A program made the position numbers and the translations under genes. Shown here one piece after another: positions 26,491 through 36,533 of a stretch of 61,642 bases of DNA; position 1 is the stretch's first letter; the number at the start of each line of letters is the position of its first letter. The stretch covers positions 1 to 61,642 of the forward strand of contig JBJOEQ010000035.1 in the NCBI GenBank assembly GCA_046049195.1, in the 5' to 3' direction. The DNA comes from Actinomycetota bacterium (GTDB lineage Bacteria; Actinomycetota; Acidimicrobiia; Acidimicrobiales; Ilumatobacteraceae). Under the pieces are notes generated by a model, which made no database searches, was not told the DNA's origin, and was given only the letters and a program-made list of their open reading frames with translations.

Positions 26491-26509
26491 TTGCAGTATT
26501 GTCAGCACG

Positions 26510-27028
26510 ATGTCGATCGAGCCTGACAACAAAGACTGGACATGGGTACTCGATCAGCCGTGCCCCGACTGTGCTTATGACGCGTCACGCGTCGTACCTC
26601 GCGACATCGGTTTGACCATTCGCGAGATTGCTTCGCAGTGGGATGCAGTGCTCGTGCACCCGCAGTGCGTGATCCGCCCCCGACCCAACATTTGGTCGGC
26701 CCTCGAATATGGCTGCCACGTACGCGATGTGTTTCGGCTTTTCGATAAACGCCTCGTCATGATGCTCACGCTCGACAACCCAACGTTTGCCAATTGGGAC
26801 CAAGACAAAACTGCCGTGGATGACCGCTATGACTTGCAAGACCCAGTGGTCGTGCGCCGCGAGATCGTATTTGCTGGCGACCAGCTGGCCGACCGCTTTG
26901 ATTCGGTCGCAGACGCCGAATGGGGCCGTAAGGGCCTGCGCAGCGACGGCGCGACCTTTACCATCGACACCTTTGGGCGCTACCTGCTGCACGATCCAAT
27001 ACATCATTTATGGGATGTAGCGCACTAA
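26510..27028 (+). CDS. DinB-superfamily protein (DinB_2 / mycothiol-dependent-enzyme N-terminal-like)
   Basis: WSALEYGCHVRDV and LLHDPIHHLWDV are the His-containing helices typical of DinB_2 proteins. N-terminal CPDC. Confidence 0.55.
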   Translation: MSIEPDNKDWTWVLDQPCPDCAYDASRVVPRDIGLTIREIASQWDAVLVHPQCVIRPRPNIWSALEYGCHVRDVFRLFDKRLVMMLTLDNPTFANWDQDKTAVDDRYDLQDPVVVRREIVFAGDQLADRFDSVADAEWGRKGLRSDGATFTIDTFGRYLLHDPIHHLWDVAH

Positions 27029-27056
27029 ACGACTACCTCGCGTACACATCGCGAGT

Positions 27057-27686
27057 ATGCCTACACCTACAAAGCAATTCGACAACATGACAACCGTTAA
27101 ACCTTCCCCCACATTCAAAGGCGAAGATGGCCTCAAGCGCTGTTTTTGGTGCGCATCCGATCCGATCTATGTCGACTATCACGACAACGAATGGGGTCGC
27201 CCCGTTACTGATGACAACAAGTTGTATGAAAAGTTGTGCCTCGAGGGTTTTCAGGCTGGCTTGTCGTGGATCACGATCTTGCGCAAGCGCGAAGCATTCC
27301 GTGCCGCATTCAAAGACTTTGATCCGATCAAGGTTGCGAGATTCAATGACAAAAACATCGAACGCCTGATGAACAACGAAGGCATTGTGCGCAACCGAGC
27401 AAAAATTGAAGCAACGATTGGGAATGCCAAAGCAACGCTCAGAGTGCAACAAGAAGTTGGTTCGCTCTCCAAATTGATTTGGTCGTTCGCACCTATCAAA
27501 CCGGGCAAGGCTCCTAAAACATTTGGTGACTTGCCTGCTTCAACACCAGAATCGCACGCACTCTCAAAAGAACTACTGAAGCGTGGCTTTAAGTTTGTTG
27601 GCCCGACAACGATGTACGCAGCAATGCAGTCGCTTGGTTTGGTCAACGATCACTTTGCAAACTGCCACGCCCGCCACACCGCCTGA
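27057..27686 (+). CDS. tag: DNA-3-methyladenine glycosylase I
   Basis: RCFWCASDPIYVDYHDNEWGRPVTDDNKLYEKLCLEGFQAGLSWITILRKREAFR is the near-invariant Tag core. Confidence 0.92.
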   Translation: MPTPTKQFDNMTTVKPSPTFKGEDGLKRCFWCASDPIYVDYHDNEWGRPVTDDNKLYEKLCLEGFQAGLSWITILRKREAFRAAFKDFDPIKVARFNDKNIERLMNNEGIVRNRAKIEATIGNAKATLRVQQEVGSLSKLIWSFAPIKPGKAPKTFGDLPASTPESHALSKELLKRGFKFVGPTTMYAAMQSLGLVNDHFANCHARHTA

Positions 27687-27706
27687 CAAATAAAAGTCAG
27701 TGCGCG

Positions 27707-28138
27707 TTAAAGCGTAAAGCGATACACATTGGTGTCGCGCTGTACGAAACCTAAGCGCTGATACAGACGGTTGGCTGCTTCTCGAGATGGACGAGAAGTT
27801 AAGTCAACCGTCGTTGCACCGCGCTTTCGCGACTCATTAATGGCAAAGGTATTCAGTGCTTCGCCAACACCTGCGCCACGAGCAGAACCGTCCACCACCA
27901 CGTCTTCAATCCACGCGCGTAATCCGGTTGGAATCTGAAATAGCGCGAGCGTGAGCGAGCCAACAATGTGGCCATCAAGTTTGGCAAGCAGCAAAAAAGT
28001 TGAGTCACTGGAGACGATCTTTTGCAATTGCTCTCGGGTTGGCGGTGGATTCGAAGACGACAATTGAGGAATGAGCGTGTTAAATGCCGCGACAACTTCG
28101 TCGTCTACAACTTTGGCTATCTCAACCGTCACTGGCAT
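27707..28138 (-). CDS. GNAT family N-acetyltransferase
   Basis: Acetyl-CoA site VVVDGSARGAGVGEAL ... RLYQRLGF. Start taken at Met103 of the ORF-track frame (cat at 28136-28138). The 102-aa upstream extension looks non-protein-like and collides with the divergent deacetylase gene. Confidence 0.75.
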   Translation of the reverse strand: MPVTVEIAKVVDDEVVAAFNTLIPQLSSSNPPPTREQLQKIVSSDSTFLLLAKLDGHIVGSLTLALFQIPTGLRAWIEDVVVDGSARGAGVGEALNTFAINESRKRGATTVDLTSRPSREAANRLYQRLGFVQRDTNVYRFTL

Positions 28139-28219
28139 GCCCTCTACCTTGCCATATGGAGCGGCTTTGGCGTGTGTACCAACCGTTGGCTTGTTGTCTG
28201 CACTAAATCCGCATAACCG

Positions 28220-28225
28220 TAGAAT
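28220..28225 (+). promoter_or_regulatory. -10-like hexamer TAGAAT, 6 nt upstream of the GTG at 28232 (leaderless geometry)
   Basis: TANNNT hexamer read directly. No SD-like purine run lies between it and the start codon. Confidence 0.35.
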
Positions 28226-28231
28226 GATCGG

Positions 28232-29038
28232 GTGAGATCTCTCATTGGCGACAGAAACGTCTTTGCCACCAAACGCCGAGTGGCCGGATTGGTTGGTGAA
28301 GTTTTTCGTCTTCTTCCCCAGTCTCAGGCGCATGGTCACCGCACATTGATGTACCACTCGGTTGGGCTTGAGCAAAACAGCACCACGGTTGATGGCGACA
28401 CGTTGGGCATCTACTCGATGACTCTCGCTCAGTTCACTATCCAAATTGATGTCATTCAGGCAGTATGTGCATCAACAGGAATTTCAATTGATGTGTTTGG
28501 ATCTGCAAAGAACAACTCGTTGTCCATCACTTTTGACGACGGATACACCGATGCACTCACAATCATCGCGCCTTTGTTGTGTGCGCGACAGATCCCATTT
28601 CATGTTTTTGTGTCATCTGCGCGTATGAATGGGATAGACCGCAAATACCTCTCACCCGCACAAGTAGTTGAGTTGTCAAACATGCCTGGCGTAACCATTG
28701 GCGCACATGGTGCAACGCATCGATCGCTCACTTCGCTTTCCTCGCTTTCTTCTTCCGAATTGGCTGCCGAGTTACAAGCGAGCAAAGTTGACTTAGAGGC
28801 AATATTGCAAAAGCCAGTCACCACCATGTCGTATCCGTACGGTCACGTTGACGAGTCGGTGCGCACAGCCGCGCACGATGCAGGGTTTACTTTTGCTGCA
28901 ACCAGCAAGTGGGGCTTCAACGAAGCTTCAAGTGACCCACTCTTACAGCGACGCATCGACATGTGGTCTGGCGATACCAAGCGCACGGTACAAAACAAAA
29001 TTCTTGGACACTGGAATTGGTTTGGACTGCTTACATGA
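28232..29038 (+). CDS. Polysaccharide deacetylase (NodB/CE4 family)
   Basis: LMYHSV, NodB motif 1 LSITFDDGYTDAL, and GAHGATH. The start is either the GTG at 28232 (leaderless geometry) or the ATG at 28349. Confidence 0.78.
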   Translation: MRSLIGDRNVFATKRRVAGLVGEVFRLLPQSQAHGHRTLMYHSVGLEQNSTTVDGDTLGIYSMTLAQFTIQIDVIQAVCASTGISIDVFGSAKNNSLSITFDDGYTDALTIIAPLLCARQIPFHVFVSSARMNGIDRKYLSPAQVVELSNMPGVTIGAHGATHRSLTSLSSLSSSELAAELQASKVDLEAILQKPVTTMSYPYGHVDESVRTAAHDAGFTFAATSKWGFNEASSDPLLQRRIDMWSGDTKRTVQNKILGHWNWFGLLT

Positions 29039-29832
29039 CAAGTGTTTCGGTCATCATTCCTGCATACAACTCAGCAAGCACAATCATCCGCGCGCTACAA
29101 AGTGTGGCCGCACAGACTCTTGCGCCACTGGAAATAATCGTCGTAGATGATGCAAGTTCTGACACGACTCGTGACCTCGTGGCAACGTTCGCTTCATCGT
29201 CACCCATCCCCGTTCGAGTGCTTACGCAAACCACAAATAGTGGTCCAAGCGCTGCACGCAATGCGGGTTGGGATAAGGCAACAGGTGAATACATCGCATT
29301 TTTGGATGCCGATGATCAGTGGCACCCGCGCAAAATTGAGTTGCAATACCCAGTGATGAACAATCAACCAGAAATCACAATGAGTTGTCATGGTCATCAC
29401 TTTTCATCTAGCAGCACATGGGCCGACATCTCCGCTGCCGACACCAAAGCGAATTCTGTTTCCTTTCACAAATTCTTGATCCGCAATCGCTGTGCGACCC
29501 CAACCGTCATGCTCAAGCGAAACATTTCTGAGCGATTTGAATCCCGCAAGCGATTTGCTGAGGACTATTTGTTATGGATGCAGATCACCGCAAGCCATGG
29601 CCCGGCCTTGCGGCTCGAGGCACAACTTGCACATTGTTCAAACCCTGGCTACGGAGGGTCTGGGCAGAGTGGGCAATTACTGAAGATGGAGCTCTCGGAA
29701 ATTGGTGGATTTGTGACTCTGCGAAAGTCAAAAGCGATCGGCTTCGGAACCCTTGGATTAGTCATAATTTGGTCGTGGATCAAATTTGGAATTCGGCTTT
29801 TCGATTCTAAAGTTATGAAGATTCGCAGATAG
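29035..29832 (+). CDS. Family 2 glycosyltransferase
   Basis: VSVIIPAYNSASTI, VVDDASSD and FLDADD. The ATG at 29035 forms an ATGA overlap with the deacetylase stop, and the ORF-track start at 28963 is rejected. C-terminal TM. Confidence 0.85.
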   Translation: MTSVSVIIPAYNSASTIIRALQSVAAQTLAPLEIIVVDDASSDTTRDLVATFASSSPIPVRVLTQTTNSGPSAARNAGWDKATGEYIAFLDADDQWHPRKIELQYPVMNNQPEITMSCHGHHFSSSSTWADISAADTKANSVSFHKFLIRNRCATPTVMLKRNISERFESRKRFAEDYLLWMQITASHGPALRLEAQLAHCSNPGYGGSGQSGQLLKMELSEIGGFVTLRKSKAIGFGTLGLVIIWSWIKFGIRLFDSKVMKIRR

Positions 29833-29844
29833 CGTTCTGCATAG

Positions 29845-30762
29845 ATGTCGACAATGGATCACGTTCGCTGGTTGTCCAAGCCGTCACTCAAGCGACCCGT
29901 CATCGTCACCGCATTCACAGGGTGGAATGATGCTGCAGACGCTGCCTCAAACGCAGTGCGCAATCTCATTGAAGGTTGGAAAGCACAACCACTCGCCGAG
30001 ATTGATCCAGAGGAGTACACAGACTTCGCAACGATTCGTCCGCATGTACGCCTCAAAGAAGGTGGCGCTCGCAACATCGTGTGGCCAACTGTCGGCATGT
30101 GGCACATGGCCGGCGCGGGTGGCGATGTGATCTTGGTATTGGGTCCAGAACCAAGCATGAAGTGGCGTTCGTTCTCTGAGCAGATTCTTGGTGTGGCCGA
30201 TCACTTTGGGGCATCCATGATGCTCACACTTGGTGCACTACTTGCTGACGTCCCCCACAGTCGCCCAGTGCAAATCATTGGCACTGCCAACGACAACGAC
30301 CTCATTGAACGCTTTGATCTGCAACGCTCACGCTATGAAGGTCCAACCGGCATCATTGGCGTACTTCACGACGTGTGCAACACACTTGCACTTCCGTCGG
30401 CAGCGCTGTGGGCTGCAGTGCCGGCATATGCCTCACAAGTTCCATCACCAAAAGCTTCGTTGTCATTGATGCGTCGTTCTTGCGAGATCATCGGCACTCC
30501 AGCACCAGTTGCATCGATCATGAACTTGATCGAAAACTATGAAGAGCAGATCAACTCACTTGTGAGTGATGACGAAGACTTGGCTGCATACGTTGAGCGC
30601 CTCGAGACCATGACCGATAATGGCATGAGTCTTGATGACGAAGTTGACGACGGACAGTTGCAGTTTGATTTTGCGCACGACACCGGTGACGACGCAGCAG
30701 ATGCCGCAACTCTGATGGATGAAGTTGAGCAATTCCTTCGCGATCAGGGCGAAGGCAAGTAA
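29845..30762 (+). CDS. PAC2 (proteasome assembly chaperone 2-like) family protein
   Basis: PVIVTAFTGWNDAADAAS and GPTGIIGVLH, with an acidic C-terminal tail. This is the typical actinobacterial PAC2-family layout. Confidence 0.7.
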   Translation: MSTMDHVRWLSKPSLKRPVIVTAFTGWNDAADAASNAVRNLIEGWKAQPLAEIDPEEYTDFATIRPHVRLKEGGARNIVWPTVGMWHMAGAGGDVILVLGPEPSMKWRSFSEQILGVADHFGASMMLTLGALLADVPHSRPVQIIGTANDNDLIERFDLQRSRYEGPTGIIGVLHDVCNTLALPSAALWAAVPAYASQVPSPKASLSLMRRSCEIIGTPAPVASIMNLIENYEEQINSLVSDDEDLAAYVERLETMTDNGMSLDDEVDDGQLQFDFAHDTGDDAADAATLMDEVEQFLRDQGEGK

Positions 30763-30784
30763 GCCTCTCGCAACCGAAAGCTAA

Positions 30785-31459
30785 CTAGACGAGTTCGACG
30801 AGTTCTTCTACTGGCGTAACAATACCTACGTAAAACGAACCGAAGTCGGCGTACTTTGCTGATGCCTCATCGAAGCGCATTGTGTACACCACATCTTTTA
30901 GGTCGTCGGCGTGTACGCCAAACAGCGTCACTCCCCACTCAAAATCGTCGAAGCCCGCAGAAGCGGTAACTAGCTGCAAAATGCGTCCTGCAAATGTGCG
31001 GCCACTCTTGCCATGCTCCATCATCAATTCACTGCGCTTCTCAAATGGCAATGTAAACCAGTTGCATTCCGGGTCACGCTTTTTTGACATCGGGTAGAAA
31101 CACCAAGCGTTCTTGCCAGCTGGTGGAAGCTGCGGATACAGACGCGCGTTGCGCATCTCTTCAGGAACATTGGCTGCGTACTCACTCACTTCAGTGAGCG
31201 ACACGTAACTGTCGCCAATGAAAATTCCTGCGTGCTGCAATGCAGTCTGGAAAGAACGAAGCTCGCGCATGTCAGACGAAACTGCCATGAACGCCAAGTC
31301 ACTTTTGTGACCAAGCGTTGAGACCGAAACAACTTGCACACCCTGGCTCTGAGCAGTCTTCACTGCGGCAATAACTGCTTCGCCATCAAAGTCTGCTGCT
31401 GGGTGGCCGAACAGATGGATAACGGCCATACCGACTGCTGGGGACATTGGTTCACTCAT
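30785..31459 (-). CDS. hemQ: Coproheme decarboxylase / chlorite-dismutase-family protein HemQ (ChdC)
   Basis: WCFYPMSKKR...NWFTLPFEKRSELMMEHGKSGRTFAG ... FDDFEWGVTLF. Start at MSEPMS (31459) avoids overlap with the upstream gene. Confidence 0.85.
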   Translation of the reverse strand: MSEPMSPAVGMAVIHLFGHPAADFDGEAVIAAVKTAQSQGVQVVSVSTLGHKSDLAFMAVSSDMRELRSFQTALQHAGIFIGDSYVSLTEVSEYAANVPEEMRNARLYPQLPPAGKNAWCFYPMSKKRDPECNWFTLPFEKRSELMMEHGKSGRTFAGRILQLVTASAGFDDFEWGVTLFGVHADDLKDVVYTMRFDEASAKYADFGSFYVGIVTPVEELVELV

Positions 31460-31469
31460 AGAAGCAAGG

Positions 31470-32351
31470 TTACTTGCGCGCCGCAGCGGCTGCGCTGGCG
31501 AGCACATTTGCCGCGCGCAAAGGGGCGTCAGTATCGAGATGTAAATAAAGCGAAGGTTCGGTTAATTCAATCTCCATGATTTCTGGCACACCGCTGGTGT
31601 TCGTCACCATATCGATGCGTGCGTACAGTGGCGAATCGTTGAATCGTTGTGCGAGAAGGTCCAACACTTGATTGCCCAGCATTAACTCGGCCGGGCTCGC
31701 GATGCGTGCGGATATTTCTTCGTCTATGAACGCGCCGTTGTGCACTTGCTCGGTACCACGAAAGATGGGGCCCTTACGAAATGCGTGGCTGAAGCTGCCG
31801 CCCAGATACACAAGCGATGTCTCGCCGTTGACATCGATACTCGGTTGGTATGGCTGCAGCAACACCGAGGTTCCTGACGCAAGAATCTTTTCGATGTGGT
31901 GACGGGCATCAACGGGTTGACTGCGGTGACGCGCGGTGTTGTTAGAACCTGCGCTCACCGTTGGCTTAATGATGATGTCGCCTTGTAATTGCGCCTCATC
32001 AATATCGCTACTTGAGTTGATGAACGTCGTCGACATCACGGGAATGCCTGCAGCAATCAGTTGAGCCAAGTACTGCTTATCCAAATTCCAATGCACGATC
32101 TCGGCAGAGTTGTACAACCGTGTTACTTGCGCCGTGGCGTCAATCCAGCGCGTGAACTCATCAAGTCGTTTGTAATAATCCCATGTGCTGCGCAGTACCA
32201 CGATGGAAAACGATGACCAGTCAACTGATGGGTCATCCCAATCGACTATTTGCCACGACTCGTTAATTGCATCGAGTGATTCGGAAAGGACGTCAAGATC
32301 GTGATCGAGCCCGCGCGCCAACTGAGCGGTGGCGAGCGCAATCATGATCAA
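31470..32351 (-). CDS. ATP-grasp domain protein (RimK/glutathione-synthetase-like)
   Basis: IIIKPTVSAGSNNTARH and LLQPY...ETSLVYLGG...ARIDMV...EIMEIELTEPSLYL, an ATP-grasp-like pattern. Substrate unknown. Confidence 0.55.
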   Translation of the reverse strand: MIMIALATAQLARGLDHDLDVLSESLDAINESWQIVDWDDPSVDWSSFSIVVLRSTWDYYKRLDEFTRWIDATAQVTRLYNSAEIVHWNLDKQYLAQLIAAGIPVMSTTFINSSSDIDEAQLQGDIIIKPTVSAGSNNTARHRSQPVDARHHIEKILASGTSVLLQPYQPSIDVNGETSLVYLGGSFSHAFRKGPIFRGTEQVHNGAFIDEEISARIASPAELMLGNQVLDLLAQRFNDSPLYARIDMVTNTSGVPEIMEIELTEPSLYLHLDTDAPLRAANVLASAAAAARK

Positions 32352-32374
32352 TACCTAAATATTGGCGGTGGGGA

Positions 32375-34054
<1,680 letters not shown>

Positions 34055-34089
34055 TCAAACGGGGAGACCGCACACAGGGCCTCGAACTA

Positions 34090-34530
34090 CTAACGAATCT
34101 TGTTGAGCACCACGTCTGTACGGGTCTCAGTGGCGCCTTCACGCTGCAACCAGCGCAAGAACGCATCCAGGCCAGCTGTTCCATCGCAGGCCACGGCCAA
34201 GGTCACGTCAGATTCGCCAGTCACATGAGCTGCCCACAACACGTCGTCCCGCTTCATGAGGGCGTCGTCAAATCCCTGAGTGTGAGCCATTCGAGCATCA
34301 ATAACTGCTTCGAGGGTGCGACCCAAGGCCGCCTGGTTGATATCAACCCTGAAACCCTTAATCACACCGGCTTTGGTAAGCCGACGGACCCTTTCGGCCA
34401 CGGCATTAGGGGAGAGATGGACCCTGTCACCGAGCATCTGCCATGAGATTCTGCCGTCAGTTTGTAAAATACCGAGGATTTCTCTGTCAATCTTATCTAT
34501 TGCGGTGATTTCCGTTGCCATATGCCCCAT
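34090..34530 (-). CDS. Lrp/AsnC family transcriptional regulator
   Basis: HTH IDREILGILQTDGRISWQMLGDRVHLSPNAVAERVRRL plus a C-terminal RAM/AsnC_trans_reg domain. The start may be the Met at 34521. Confidence 0.88.
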   Translation of the reverse strand: MGHMATEITAIDKIDREILGILQTDGRISWQMLGDRVHLSPNAVAERVRRLTKAGVIKGFRVDINQAALGRTLEAVIDARMAHTQGFDDALMKRDDVLWAAHVTGESDVTLAVACDGTAGLDAFLRWLQREGATETRTDVVLNKIR

Positions 34531-34582
34531 TGTGCCACAAGATCAACGGTTTCGGTTGCTTATCACGCGCGATACTGAACCC

Positions 34583-34861
34583 ATGCATAATGAAGCAACG
34601 TGGACATGGGTGCTGCTCGGATTCGAGTTTGTCGGCATCGCTGGCATGTGGCTCGTTGGCGCACGCAAATGGTGGGGCTGGGGCATGGTGCTCACCGGCT
34701 CGGCTCCGTGGCTGGCCTACGCAATCGTCTTCAACAAACCTGGCTTCATCGTGATGAGCATCTTCTGGATCACAACTCACAGTCGCAACATGATTGTGTG
34801 GCGCAAACATGCATCGGTTTCAACTATCACCGATCGCACATCCGAACTTATTGCGGCTTAA
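34583..34861 (+). CDS. Small 3-TM membrane protein, divergent from the Lrp regulator (possible PnuC/SemiSWEET-like triple-helix bundle)
   Basis: 92 aa from the Met at 34583, with three hydrophobic helices: WVLLGFEFVGIAGMWLVGA, WGWGMVLTGSAPWLAYAIVF and FIVMSIFWITTHSRNMIVW. Trp-rich. The upstream part of the ORF-track frame is antisense to the Lrp gene. Confidence 0.45.
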   Translation: MHNEATWTWVLLGFEFVGIAGMWLVGARKWWGWGMVLTGSAPWLAYAIVFNKPGFIVMSIFWITTHSRNMIVWRKHASVSTITDRTSELIAA

Positions 34862-34892
34862 GTAGCACTGCTGATTACTTCAGCGAAATAGT

Positions 34893-35168
34893 TCAGCCGC
34901 CAGCGACGGCAGGAATAATCGAGACTGTTGAACCAGCAGGCACTGCGGTATTCAATCCATCCATGTAACGCACATCGTCGTCTGAAACAAACACGTTGAC
35001 AAACTTGTGCAATTTGCCGGTTGCATCAAACAAGCGTTCTGAAAAACCTGGGTGAGCGTCGTTCAAACCTTTAAGAACATCGGCGAGAGTTGCGCCTTCT
35101 ACTTGCACGGTTGATACTCCGCCAGAAAGCGGACGCAGGGTGGTGGGGATTCTTACGGTAACGGTCAT
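34893..35168 (-). CDS. MoaD/ThiS/CysO-family sulfur-carrier (ubiquitin-like) protein ending in Gly-Gly
   Basis: 91 aa: MTVTVRIPTTLRPL...VNVFVSDDDVRYMDGLNTAVPAGSTVSIIPAVAGG. Beta-grasp pattern with a C-terminal GG. Confidence 0.75.
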   Translation of the reverse strand: MTVTVRIPTTLRPLSGGVSTVQVEGATLADVLKGLNDAHPGFSERLFDATGKLHKFVNVFVSDDDVRYMDGLNTAVPAGSTVSIIPAVAGG

Positions 35169-35203
35169 GTCTTAAACGCTATCTGTCTCTCAACAGTTTT
35201 TGA

Positions 35204-36268
35204 TCAGACCGAACGCCAAGAAACATACGCGGCAAGGGCTATTAATTCGTCGCGAGCCACATCGGATATTGACGCTTGTTGAATTGCCACAATTGCTTCG
35301 TCGGTCTTATTCGAAATCTCTGCTTCAAGTTGGTCAAGGGCTCCGGTCTCACGGATCACGCGTTGCACATCTGCCACTTGGGCATCGGTAAGTCGCGCAT
35401 GACCAACGAGTTGCAGCACCTGTAATTGAGACGCATTGGCATGTTCGTTTGCAATAGCCATGAGTGGTGTTGGTTTGCCCTCGCGCAAATCGTCGCCCAC
35501 TGGCTTGCCCGTAGTTGCAGTGTCGCCAAATGCACCAAGCACATCGTCGCGCATCTGAAATGCGTCGCCAAGGGGGAGACCATACGCCGAAAAAGATGTC
35601 ATCAGTTCAGTCGCCCGATCAGGGTTTGCAAGCACCGCACCAAGATGCAGGGGTCGCTCAATGGTGTATTTTGCGCTCTTGTATCTGCACACTCGCTCTG
35701 CTTTGGCGCGGCTTCGTTCGCTTGTTGCCGATCCAAGCATGTCGAGGTACTGACCAACATTCAGTTCAATGCGCATTTCATTCCACACCTGCCACGCAGC
35801 AGGTGGCTCGCCTTGCAATAACTGGTCGGCATACACATGCACCAAATCGCCAACCAAGATGGCAACTCCTTCACCGAAACGTCGCGACTCACCCACCCAT
35901 TCGCTGGCTTGGTGTTGCTGAGCAAATCGCTCGTGAGTCGTTGATTCGCCACGACGAGTTGCAGACCCGTCCATCACATCGTCGTGAAACAACGCGCACG
36001 CATGCAACAACTCGAGTGCAGCACAAGCATCGACAACGCGTTGATCTGTGGCATCGCCGCCAGCACCCACAAAACCCCATGTGCAAAATGCTGGACGAAG
36101 TCGCTTGCCTCCAGTGAGCACTAGTCGGCTGATCTCGGCCAGCGGGGGACCAAGGTCTTTATCAATCTCTATCCAACGCGCATGCTCGAAATCGAGCAAT
36201 GTGCGCAGCCGCGTGTCAACTCGCGCAGCAATCTGCGCAAGCGATTGCGGAGCCTTGGGTACAGACAC
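35204..36268 (-). CDS. trans-Polyprenyl diphosphate synthase (IdsA/GGPP-synthase-like)
   Basis: GGKRLRP; FARM LFHDDVMDGS; SARM FQMRDDVLG. Confidence 0.85.
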   Translation of the reverse strand: MSVPKAPQSLAQIAARVDTRLRTLLDFEHARWIEIDKDLGPPLAEISRLVLTGGKRLRPAFCTWGFVGAGGDATDQRVVDACAALELLHACALFHDDVMDGSATRRGESTTHERFAQQHQASEWVGESRRFGEGVAILVGDLVHVYADQLLQGEPPAAWQVWNEMRIELNVGQYLDMLGSATSERSRAKAERVCRYKSAKYTIERPLHLGAVLANPDRATELMTSFSAYGLPLGDAFQMRDDVLGAFGDTATTGKPVGDDLREGKPTPLMAIANEHANASQLQVLQLVGHARLTDAQVADVQRVIRETGALDQLEAEISNKTDEAIVAIQQASISDVARDELIALAAYVSWRSV

Positions 36269-36284
36269 AACAAATACTCTTTAT

Positions 36285-36533
36285 TTAGTCGGCTTCAAGC
36301 TGTGAAACGACTTCTTCAATGCGCAGTTTTGCTTTGCTAATTCGTTCACGGCACAACTCAATCAATTGCGATGCGCGTTGCACATGTTCGGCAAGCTCGT
36401 CTACATCTACATCATCGCTCTCGAGTTCGGCCAAGATTGATTCGAGTTCTTCAATCGCTTCTGCATAGCCAGTGTTTGCGTCGAGCGTGCTCGCGGTTGG
36501 GGCACTTGACGCAGGCTTTTTTGTTGATGCCAC
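36285..36533 (-). CDS. xseB: Exodeoxyribonuclease VII small subunit
   Basis: YAEAIEELESILAELESDDVDVDELAEHVQRASQLIELCRERI. Overlaps the xseA stop by 1 nt. Confidence 0.85.
   Translation of the reverse strand: MASTKKPASSAPTASTLDANTGYAEAIEELESILAELESDDVDVDELAEHVQRASQLIELCRERISKAKLRIEEVVSQLEAD

Noticed and set aside
28139-28444. 102-aa N-terminal extension of the GNAT ORF (27707..28444)
   Set aside because: The extension has no GNAT-like or other recognisable sequence, and it overlaps the divergent polysaccharide deacetylase start. The GNAT fold is complete from the internal Met at 28138.
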